Assembly (NCBI GenBank): GCA_964508365.1
Contig: CAZDTP010000064.1
Location: 1 to 19,427, forward strand
DNA from: an uncultured archaeon
GTDB taxonomy: Archaea; Asgardarchaeota; Lokiarchaeia; Sigyniarchaeales; SOKP01
Length of the DNA stretch: 19,427 bases
Reading direction: 5' to 3'
Shown here: positions 7,915-15,477 of the stretch, piece by piece
Layout: each line of letters begins with the position of its first letter
How positions within the stretch are numbered: the first letter of the stretch is position 1
Position numbers and translations under genes: made by a program
Notes under the pieces: model-generated
Told to the model about the DNA's origin: nothing
The model's input: the letters and a program-made list of their open reading frames with translations, nothing else
The model's database searches: none

Positions 7915-9633
7915 TTGCCATCAAAATATAGAATTATGAACAAAATAAATCTATCAAAAAAAAGGATTGCATTACTTTGCATTTTTCTCGCTATTTTTAC
8001 AATCGGAACGGTTTTCATTTTTATAACACCTCTTAGTGTAAAAAGCACTTATGGATTAACAACTCAAACGAGCGATGGCGTTATTATCTCTTTCAATGTT
8101 TTTGAACCAGTAACCAGTGAAGAATTAAATAAAAAAGCTGTTATAATCGGACATGGATTTATGGCAAATAAGGAAATGATGAAGGGGTATGCTGTAGAAT
8201 TAGCTGCTGCAGGTTTTGTAGCTATTACTTTTGATTTTAGAGGACATGGGCAGAGTACTGGAAGTTTGGAAAGAGGAAACCTAATTGAGGATGTAGAAGC
8301 GATACTTGATTATATAAATGATCGCACAGACATCGATACAAATAATCTTGCATACATTGGCTATAGTATGGGAGGAGGTCCTGGGAACATGATTGTTAAC
8401 CAAAGTACTGCTTTTAAAGCGTTTATTGGGGTTGGGACTAGTTTAGGTAATATTCGTAGGGGTAATTCCACCAATCCCTTGAATGTACTTATGATTAAAG
8501 CAAATTTTGATGAAGTCCAAGATTTAGATCATTTAAAAGCTTCGGTAGCAGAAAGAACGGGATTAAGTACCTCTTTAATAGATACTAATCAAATGTATGG
8601 ATCATTCGAGACAGGAAACGCGACAAAAATATATTTAGATGATAATAGTAATCATTTAGCAGTTGCATGGGACACTGACTTTACCAGACAAGCACGGGAT
8701 TGGATAATAAACACTTTTCCAGACACAAATACTCCAGATGAAAATTTTTATGGAAACCTTAGGTTATTCATTTTATTAATTCAAGTGTTTGGAGGGATAG
8801 GATTGTTTATTATGTTACTCGAACCCATTTCAAAACTTATGAAATTTAATAGTAGAGACACCGAAGAAAAATTACAAGTTGAAATCAGAGAGATGTCTGC
8901 TAATAAAATAGCCATTGAATCATTATTATATTCAATTCCATTAGGATTATTAGGAGTATTTATAATTATTTGGATATTTCTTCCTATTCCACTGGCTATA
9001 ACTGGATTTGTTCTCAGTCTGCTTTTCGGTCAAATATTTGGAATATTAATTCAACTTTGGAGGCTAGGCAAAAAGAATAACAAATCTCTATTAAGCATAC
9101 TAAAAACCCCCTTCAAAAGTTCAAAACTGAACATCGGAAAATCAATTATATATGGTTTTATAATAATTACACTACTATATTTGATTTTATATTCCTCACT
9201 AGGATTAAATTATGTAGGAATGATCCCATCTATTTCGAAAGCGTGGGTTGTTGCAATCTATTTTGTAATAACCTTTTTTATGTTCTTAGTTTTTGGTATT
9301 CTCTTCCAATTTGTTATTTATTCTAAAATTCAAGGAATAAAAAACAGCACTTTAAAAGCGATTCTTATCCACTTCGGGGTTCTTTTAACCTATATAGCAT
9401 TTTATCTCCTTTTAATCGGGGCATTTGTGGGCAATTTTTTCTATTTTGGAGTAATGATGCCGATTGCGATTCCTCTTAATTTACTTATTGCAGGAATTTC
9501 AGTCTATACGTATAAGAAAACGGGGAATATTATTGCGGGTACATTAATTGCTGCGATACTATTTGTAATGATAATATGTACATTTGCACCATACCAAGGC
9601 TTTCTGGGACTATTATCTTCTTTCCTTCATTAA
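7915..9633 (+). CDS. Alpha/beta-fold serine hydrolase with N-terminal signal/anchor and C-terminal ~8-TM membrane domain
   Basis: Seen: oxyanion-region GHGF, FDFRGHGQS, nucleophile elbow GYSMGG (GxSxG), candidate acid ANFDE and candidate His NHLAV. One hydrophobic N-terminal helix and about eight hydrophobic segments after aa ~280. Start is TTG 7915 or ATG 7936. Confidence 0.88.
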   Translation: MPSKYRIMNKINLSKKRIALLCIFLAIFTIGTVFIFITPLSVKSTYGLTTQTSDGVIISFNVFEPVTSEELNKKAVIIGHGFMANKEMMKGYAVELAAAGFVAITFDFRGHGQSTGSLERGNLIEDVEAILDYINDRTDIDTNNLAYIGYSMGGGPGNMIVNQSTAFKAFIGVGTSLGNIRRGNSTNPLNVLMIKANFDEVQDLDHLKASVAERTGLSTSLIDTNQMYGSFETGNATKIYLDDNSNHLAVAWDTDFTRQARDWIINTFPDTNTPDENFYGNLRLFILLIQVFGGIGLFIMLLEPISKLMKFNSRDTEEKLQVEIREMSANKIAIESLLYSIPLGLLGVFIIIWIFLPIPLAITGFVLSLLFGQIFGILIQLWRLGKKNNKSLLSILKTPFKSSKLNIGKSIIYGFIIITLLYLILYSSLGLNYVGMIPSISKAWVVAIYFVITFFMFLVFGILFQFVIYSKIQGIKNSTLKAILIHFGVLLTYIAFYLLLIGAFVGNFFYFGVMMPIAIPLNLLIAGISVYTYKKTGNIIAGTLIAAILFVMIICTFAPYQGFLGLLSSFLH

Positions 9634-9640
9634 AAAAATC

Positions 9641-9675
9641 TTTTTTTTTTTTTTAGTCTTCTTATTTTTTTTTTT
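9641..9675 (+). terminator. Oligo-T terminator after the hydrolase gene
   Basis: Seen: T14 (9641-9654) and T11 (9665-9675) starting 7 nt after the stop codon. Confidence 0.6.
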
Positions 9676-9751
9676 AACATTCTATAGATACAAATTTTAT
9701 AAATTATTGTAAATATATTTGTATTAAGCTAGTAATTCTAAATTGAGGAAG

Positions 9752-10117
9752 ATGTCGTCTTTTAAAGGGTTCGTATGGTCCTTCGTTTTTTTATTAACTG
9801 CTGCGATTTATAGTTCAATCCCAACACACCTCATTTTTAACTATTGGGCATGGCTCAATACGCTGAGATTTGATGGTGAACCTATTTATACTCTCTTGCT
9901 ATTTGTATTATTTTTATGGATTGTCGCTTTAATTATCACTATAATATATATTGTAGCCATGATTCGGGCAATCATTCAAAGAAAAAACGAGGATTCGGGC
10001 ATCCCAAAAGGGGTTTATCGCTTCGGATTTGTTTCTACAATAGCAATTATTGCTTACATGGTTGTATGGTATATCCTATTTAACGAAATAGCGTTTTTCT
10101 CAATGCTACCTCCTTAA
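9752..10117 (+). CDS. Small hypothetical membrane protein (3 predicted TM helices)
   Basis: Seen: three hydrophobic stretches and a basic loop QRKNED..PKG. The ORF track starts at TTG 9743; I prefer ATG 9752 because GAGG (9745-9748) precedes it, though the spacing is short. Confidence 0.75.
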   Translation: MSSFKGFVWSFVFLLTAAIYSSIPTHLIFNYWAWLNTLRFDGEPIYTLLLFVLFLWIVALIITIIYIVAMIRAIIQRKNEDSGIPKGVYRFGFVSTIAIIAYMVVWYILFNEIAFFSMLPP

Positions 10118-10130
10118 AAAGAAAAAATAG
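10118..10130 (-). terminator. CTA-T6-CTTT tract downstream of the URO-D-family gene
   Basis: Seen: the + strand reads AAAGAAAAAATAG, identical to 6418-6430 and likewise downstream of a minus-strand gene in a convergent pair. Confidence 0.4.
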
Positions 10131-10158
10131 AATAAAAACTTTAATTTTAACTAGAAGA

Positions 10159-11346
10159 TTATTTCAGATTAATTGGATAATTTCCGAATTCTTTTGTAGC
10201 TTCTACCATCCAACGCAAATTATCGACTTTTACACTAGGATGCATATTAGCCGCGCTTACTATAAATCCTCCTCCAGGACCAGCAGTCTTAATTGCATAT
10301 TTTACTGAGTTATAAACCTCCTCTTTAGTTCCGTAAACTAAATCATGAGCGACATCAATGTTACCCATCAAACATAGCTTGTCTCCAACCTTTTTTTTCA
10401 CTAATGCAAGATCTACACCCGCCGTTGGTTCAAGACTTTGAAGCCCATCAAATCCGCAATTTACAACAAAATCTAATAAAGGAGTGACGTGACCATCGGT
10501 ATGCAATACTATTTTTTTCCCCCGCTCGTGGACAGTATCAGTAATAATTTTATACGCTGGCATTAATAACTCAGTAAACATTTTTGGACTCATCATCGGA
10601 CCAGTTTTATAAGCCAAATCCCCAGATTCAATGAATAGTTCGGCACCAGCATCCATATATGAGTTATAACAAGCAGCTGTAAATTCAGCTATTACTTCGT
10701 GAACTTCTTTAATAAAACTCGGTTTTTTGTGAAGCATTCGAGAGTAATATGTCATTCCCATGCCTTGTGAGGCGCTTTCAAATACACCAGCTAAATCGTT
10801 GGTAACTGCAACAAAAATATTATCTTTATGTTTTTTATTTATCCGACGGAAGAATTTTTTAGCCATTTTAGTATACTTCTCTGTCATTGGTCCTTCAATG
10901 TTCTCTTTAGTTTCTTTCCATTTCTCAAGCGAATTCATTGTCCCATATAAGTAATAAGGATTGATATTCCCATCGTTATTTCGAGCTTCCCACACACGTC
11001 CAAAAATATCTTTCATAAGAAGTCGAGGATCATTTGGATCTTCAAAAATATAAAAAGGTAATATCCCTACTTGCATACAATCAAGACCAATTGCCGCAGC
11101 AGCTTCCACACACCGAGAAAATACACTTGTTTCTATACCTTCTATAAGGTTAGTTAATTCTTCTGCCCACCCCTCAGGATTATCTCGTTGCAACTGCTCT
11201 ATAGTGTCAAAATCGCTAATTTTCGGCTTTCCTAGGATTATATCTACATTATTAGCATCAATTAGAATGGTGTGACACGGAACTCTATCAGCCTCTTCTA
11301 TATCCAATGCGGTTAAAATTCTTTCTCTACAATCCATTTTTCTCAT
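10159..11346 (-). CDS. Uroporphyrinogen decarboxylase (URO-D)/MtaA-CmuA superfamily protein
   Basis: Seen: N-terminal CRERILTAL....DRVP, SGDLAYKTGPMMSP..F.E...P.YK, LHTDG, GFDGLQSLEP, LMGNID and GPGGGFIVSA. It lacks the RQAGR motif of true HemE, so no gene symbol is given. Start may be 11337. Confidence 0.92.
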   Translation of the reverse strand: MRKMDCRERILTALDIEEADRVPCHTILIDANNVDIILGKPKISDFDTIEQLQRDNPEGWAEELTNLIEGIETSVFSRCVEAAAAIGLDCMQVGILPFYIFEDPNDPRLLMKDIFGRVWEARNNDGNINPYYLYGTMNSLEKWKETKENIEGPMTEKYTKMAKKFFRRINKKHKDNIFVAVTNDLAGVFESASQGMGMTYYSRMLHKKPSFIKEVHEVIAEFTAACYNSYMDAGAELFIESGDLAYKTGPMMSPKMFTELLMPAYKIITDTVHERGKKIVLHTDGHVTPLLDFVVNCGFDGLQSLEPTAGVDLALVKKKVGDKLCLMGNIDVAHDLVYGTKEEVYNSVKYAIKTAGPGGGFIVSAANMHPSVKVDNLRWMVEATKEFGNYPINLK

Positions 11347-11593
11347 TAAATTGTTTTTTAGTATTATTTAATAAATAAGATAATTGGATTCTTTTTTAAA
11401 AATTTAATTAGAAATTTAAAAATACTAATTAGGATTTATTAAGTAATTTGGAAGAATCAACATATTTAAAGCTGAAAGAGATCGCAAAAGAATATATAGA
11501 ACAAGGAAAAAAGGTTACTCATATTGAAGAACCATATTAAAACATTAAACTACGCATTCTTGCACGGAAAGACGTGTGTACAGCTTGTTCAAG

Positions 11594-11610
11594 TATTAAT
11601 GGCATTAATA
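11594..11610. promoter_or_regulatory. Perfect 8-1-8 inverted repeat TATTAATG-G-CATTAATA (candidate operator)
   Basis: Seen directly, within the divergent intergenic region 11347-11784. The palindrome is certain; the regulatory role is inference. Confidence 0.3.
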
Positions 11611-11784
11611 GAATAATTGTTAAAATAAAGATTTTCTTTTAAGTAGTCTGGTAGCTTTTTATTATAAAATTCGCTTCAAAAATTTAAGACATTTTAGTAA
11701 TTGATTTAATAATAGCATATAGTTAAATACAAAATTGTACAAATAATACTATAATCTAAATAAATTTTCATTTTCTAAGAAAAA

Positions 11785-12348
11785 ATGGTAAAATCCATGA
11801 ACTTACAGAAAAAAAAAGTTAAATTAATCTTAGCATCTATTATTAGCTTATTATTATTTCAATCAATTTTGTCTTTTATAAAGGCAGATGATCTGATTGA
11901 TGGTCCTTTAGAGATATCAACACCACATAATTCTTTCAGTATCGGTTTAGGGAGTAATATGACTATAACTTGGAGTTTCAATGTCCCCTCTCATGAATAT
12001 GCAGTATATTGGGAAATAATTGGACAAGGTGTCAGTAAAAATGGTTGGGGGTTAAATGCTAATTGCACTACTCCAGTTGTAACTGCTAATGGTACCGTAT
12101 GGAATTATAAATGTAGTGGATATTATGCAAAATATTATGTATGGAGTACTGTATCTGTTATAGGTCCTGAAGAAGAACCTGAAGAAGAACCTGAACCTGA
12201 ACCTGAACCTGAAAATGGAAATGGAAATGGTTATAGTTATTATATTCCCGGATTTCCTCCATCTCTTTTAATTATTGTAATTTCAACATGTGTGATTTTT
12301 AAAATTATTACATTCCATTTAAAATCGAAAAAAGAAAAATTCCAATAA
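11785..12348 (+). CDS. Secreted beta-sandwich (Ig-like) surface glycoprotein with acidic stalk and IPGF-TM-basic (Loki-CTERM/PGF-CTERM-like) sorting signal
   Basis: Seen: basic n-region + hydrophobic h-region ending ..IKA|DD; ~90-aa beta-rich domain with 2 Cys and sequons NMT, NCT, NGT; PEEE/PE/NG stalk; IPGF (12244-12255) followed by a hydrophobic helix and KSKKEK. Confidence 0.88.
   Translation: MVKSMNLQKKKVKLILASIISLLLFQSILSFIKADDLIDGPLEISTPHNSFSIGLGSNMTITWSFNVPSHEYAVYWEIIGQGVSKNGWGLNANCTTPVVTANGTVWNYKCSGYYAKYYVWSTVSVIGPEEEPEEEPEPEPEPENGNGNGYSYYIPGFPPSLLIIVISTCVIFKIITFHLKSKKEKFQ
12121..12146 (+). repeat. 26-nt exact direct repeat, copy 1 (TATTATGCAAAATATTATGTATGGAG)
   Basis: Seen: identical to 12703-12728; encodes YYAKYYVW(S) in both paralogs. 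Confidence 0.9.
12166..12231 (+). repeat. Coding microsatellite: (CCTGAAGAAGAA)x2, (CCTGAA)x4, (AATGG[A/T])x3
   Basis: Seen directly; encodes PEEEPEEEPEPEPEPENGNGNG. Confidence 0.95.
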
Positions 12349-12357
12349 TAAAATTCT

Positions 12358-12897
12358 ATGTTGATGAAAATGGGTATCTTGATAAAGCTTAAGGGTAAAC
12401 AAAGTAAGGTATTTCTCTTTTTTTTTTTTACTATATTATTTAGCCAAGTATTCCTCCATCAAGTTGTAGCCGATGAGATAAAAGATGGACCCCTTGAGAT
12501 TAATAGCGGAGATTGGTTTAATATACAACTTGGTACAAATACTACAATATTTTGGCAATTTCAAGTTGATACGAATGAACGTGCAATATACTGGGAAATT
12601 ATTGGAGATAATGTTTTTAAAACTGGTTGGGGTCCTACGGCAAATTGTACTACCCCCGTTTTAAATGGAACAGATACTAGATATGAATTTGTATGTCATG
12701 GTTATTATGCAAAATATTATGTATGGAGCAAGGTGATTGTTACATGCACAGAAATAGAACCAACAAATGGAGGAGGAGATAATGGTGATGATCCTATATT
12801 CTTTCTTTATTTAGGTATTTCTATTGTTTTAGTAACTGGAATATCAATAGCTGTCGCATTCTATTTAAAATATAAAAAAAACCAAGAATCATTTTAA
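12358..12897 (+). CDS. Secreted beta-sandwich surface glycoprotein, tandem paralog of 11785-12348, with plain C-terminal TM anchor
   Basis: Seen: signal peptide ending ..VVA|DE; shared blocks DGPLEI, YWEIIG, GWG, ANCTTPV and GYYAKYYVWS; sequons NTT, NCT, NGT; C-terminal hydrophobic helix + KYKK with no PGF/PGY. 9-nt gap from the upstream paralog; the exact start is uncertain (12358/12364/12370). Confidence 0.88.
   Translation: MLMKMGILIKLKGKQSKVFLFFFFTILFSQVFLHQVVADEIKDGPLEINSGDWFNIQLGTNTTIFWQFQVDTNERAIYWEIIGDNVFKTGWGPTANCTTPVLNGTDTRYEFVCHGYYAKYYVWSKVIVTCTEIEPTNGGGDNGDDPIFFLYLGISIVLVTGISIAVAFYLKYKKNQESF
12703..12728 (+). repeat. 26-nt exact direct repeat, copy 2
   Basis: Seen: identical to 12121-12146. 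Confidence 0.9.
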
Positions 12898-13092
12898 AGC
12901 AATAGAACAATGAAATGATATATTATTGGATTATTTTTTAAAGTTCTAATTAGAAATGTAAAAATACCAATACTTTGTGGTAAATGAAAATAATAATTAG
13001 TTAATAGAAACAGGATAAGTTCCATATTTCTTTAATGTATCATGCATCCCTAAATAATTTTCTAATTAAACAGAAGGATTAAAACTATAATT

Positions 13093-14298
13093 TCAGATAA
13101 CTAATTTTAGAATCTTAAAGATTATTACTGGATTTTTTATGAGAAATTTGAACATGAAACCTAGAACAGTTCGATTACGCAGTAGTTTAATAAGTAATGT
13201 TTTTGGAAAGTCCATATCTCCGTAAAATGTAACTAAATGCTCAATATTGTTCTCTTTTATTATTTTAAAGAAAATTTCAAAATCTTTGTTTCTAAAATTC
13301 TCTAAAATAAGCCTTATAATAAAATGAAGCTTTAATTCTCTACCGATTGTATGTGAACAAGGTTTTTCATAATATTTTTGAATTATTCTCTTTGAGAAAT
13401 TTTCATCTTCAAAACATCGATGAATACAATTCGATGCGTATTTAGCAGCAGTCAAAAGCATGATAATACCCCCTCCTGTTGTAGCTTTTACTTGCCCTGC
13501 GGCGTCGCCTAATAATAATATATTGTTAAAAGCAAGTTTATTCATTACACCGTAAGGAATGATTCCTCCTTGTTGGTCTATTCTATTGTTTATATCAACA
13601 TTTAACTCATTCAAAAAGCTTCTAAAACATCTATTTATATGTTTAGCAGATGCGATTCCAATACGGTAGATACCATTACCCTCGGGCACAATCCATCCAA
13701 ATAATTGCTTCCATCGTGGATTAAAATACATAGCTGCTTCTTGATCGTAGAAATTAGCTTTAATCCTAATTTGGGAGGCGTAAATTACATTATTTTTAAC
13801 TTTTAATTGCTTTCCTACTAACGAGAGAGGTCCGTCACTCCCTACCAGCATCTTAGCTATAAATTTTCTTTTAGATGTTTCAATCAATAAATATCTCTTA
13901 CTATCATCGATGTGATATTCAAACGATTTATATCTTTGGCCAAGATAATAAGTGATATTTGGATTGTCTTTAACCTTGTTGTAGAATAGACGATCAAGTT
14001 TAATTCTATCAATAACATATGGACGTTCGTTTCCCGAGAGGTTGATGAAGTTTCCAGAAGGACTAACGATTTTAGCAGTATTAACTCTATTTAATACGAT
14101 TTCCTTAGGTAACTCAATTAACTTACTTAATTTTTGAGAGATAATTCCAGCACATTGAAAAGGTAAACCGATTTCCTTATGGTCTTCAATAACTGCAATC
14201 CTCAGATTTGATTTGGATAATAAATAAGTCAAATAGTTTCCTGCAATACTGGCACCAACAACACAAACATCATAATGCTCGATACTTCTCTCTTCCAT
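13093..14298 (-). CDS. Geranylgeranyl reductase family FAD-dependent oxidoreductase (DGGGPL reductase-like)
   Basis: Seen: YDVCVVGASIAG (variant GxGxxG), IEDH..IG.PFQCAG, VGSDGPLS, FGWIVP, GIAS and LLLGDAAGQVKATTGGGI, all GGR-family motifs. Substrate not established. Confidence 0.9.
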   Translation of the reverse strand: MEERSIEHYDVCVVGASIAGNYLTYLLSKSNLRIAVIEDHKEIGLPFQCAGIISQKLSKLIELPKEIVLNRVNTAKIVSPSGNFINLSGNERPYVIDRIKLDRLFYNKVKDNPNITYYLGQRYKSFEYHIDDSKRYLLIETSKRKFIAKMLVGSDGPLSLVGKQLKVKNNVIYASQIRIKANFYDQEAAMYFNPRWKQLFGWIVPEGNGIYRIGIASAKHINRCFRSFLNELNVDINNRIDQQGGIIPYGVMNKLAFNNILLLGDAAGQVKATTGGGIIMLLTAAKYASNCIHRCFEDENFSKRIIQKYYEKPCSHTIGRELKLHFIIRLILENFRNKDFEIFFKIIKENNIEHLVTFYGDMDFPKTLLIKLLRNRTVLGFMFKFLIKNPVIIFKILKLVI

Positions 14299-14349
14299 TA
14301 TAAGAATGAATGTTTATAATAAATTAGAATGTTATGAAAAACAAAATAA

Positions 14350-15345
14350 TTATTCTTTACGATATCCTAAATCCATCATCATCCCGTAAACGATCCCTAA
14401 TGCTATTCCATTGAACATTGAATTTTCTTCAAACGACATGTCGGTTCGAGTGAGTAACATTGGCTTTATCTGCTCTAAGACATATCTCGTTTCAGGTTTT
14501 TCACTATAAGATTGAATAACGGCAACTCTGAATTCCTTCATAAAAGTTTCATGTTCCAGCAGGATTTTTCGTACGTTGTTTTTTCCGTTCACAACTCCGA
14601 AGTGACCAAAACCTGCCTTAATTGGAGACAAATTCTTAAGATTTTCGAGAGTTTTCATATATTCTTTATGATTGTAATAAGTAGGCATTGATGTTGGCAT
14701 AGTTACTAATTCTGAAGAATGATAAATCGTTCCAACACTTTCTCCAAGGTGAATAAATTCAATTGAGTCAGCTTTAACAAATAATGGACATTGATGATCA
14801 GGAGTGTGTCCTGGAGTATTTAAAATTCCAAATTTTACTTCTGAACCATCGTTTGAGAAAGAATCCATAAATTCAAGTTTGCTAGGGTTGCTATTAAAGT
14901 TGGTACTAGGTTTTATAATTTTAAAAGCGCTTTCTTCAATAGGTTTCATAATTCCAGTTAAGTTTCCATATGTTCGCTTTCCACGAGCCAAGTGTTCCTC
15001 GTAATCATTAAGTAATTCTTTAGTTTTATTGTTTGTAATAATTTTAACATCAGAATTAAATTCTTTTATTATATCGTAAATTTGCCACAGTCCTCCCACA
15101 TGATCGAAGTGATGATGGCTCGTAGTAAGATATTTGAACGAAGATAAATCGATATTTAACTTTTTCAAAAACCTTACAAGCTTCTTAATGTCTAAGGAGG
15201 AACCGCAATCAATCAACACGCTCGAATCGTCAAATTGGGCAACAAAAACGGAGAGCATTCTGGGCGCCCCATAAGCCTGAGCGTCTATATGGTAAATAAA
15301 ATCGTTAATTTTTCCAGTTTCAATAGTGATGAAGTTTTCTACCAT
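14350..15345 (-). CDS. Metallo-beta-lactamase-fold hydrolase
   Basis: Seen: LIDCG, SHHHFDHVGG (HxHxDH), TPGHTPDH, GESVG and GHFG. The start was moved from the track's 15417 to ATG 15345 because the extra 24 codons are a translated T-rich tract and family-like sequence begins at MVENFI. Confidence 0.9.
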   Translation of the reverse strand: MVENFITIETGKINDFIYHIDAQAYGAPRMLSVFVAQFDDSSVLIDCGSSLDIKKLVRFLKKLNIDLSSFKYLTTSHHHFDHVGGLWQIYDIIKEFNSDVKIITNNKTKELLNDYEEHLARGKRTYGNLTGIMKPIEESAFKIIKPSTNFNSNPSKLEFMDSFSNDGSEVKFGILNTPGHTPDHQCPLFVKADSIEFIHLGESVGTIYHSSELVTMPTSMPTYYNHKEYMKTLENLKNLSPIKAGFGHFGVVNGKNNVRKILLEHETFMKEFRVAVIQSYSEKPETRYVLEQIKPMLLTRTDMSFEENSMFNGIALGIVYGMMMDLGYRKE

Positions 15346-15477
15346 ACAAAAAAAAAGAAGAAATAGCATAATAATTATATTGTTTAAAATGATAAATCTA
15401 CATTCTAGCTTTTCCAACGAATTAGGGCTACTTTACGCTAAAAAATAAGTAATTAAGGATTCTATTGGAAAAAAAGA

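Noticed and set aside
11561-11578. Small hairpin GCACG-GAAAGA-CGTGT considered as a SECIS-like or ncRNA element
   Set aside because: The stem is only 5-6 bp with G-U pairs, lacks the SECIS core, and no gene in the window has an in-frame TGA; the nearby read-through stop is TAA.
11728-11783. Short palindromes TACAA-AA-TTGTA, TTGTACAA and TTTTCT-A-AGAAAA upstream of 11785 (similar TACAA..TTGTA near 9689-9723)
   Set aside because: Short and low-complexity; expected by chance in sequence this AT-rich.
12944-12955. 12-bp palindrome TTCTAATTAGAA in the convergent spacer
   Set aside because: It sits between two gene 3' ends, where an operator is unlikely, has no loop for a terminator hairpin, and is AT-rich.
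15346-15417. 24-codon hydrophobic N-terminal extension of the MBL ORF that looks like a signal peptide
   Set aside because: The apparent hydrophobicity comes from translating a T-rich non-coding tract (A9 on + at 15348-15356); family-like sequence starts at ATG 15345.
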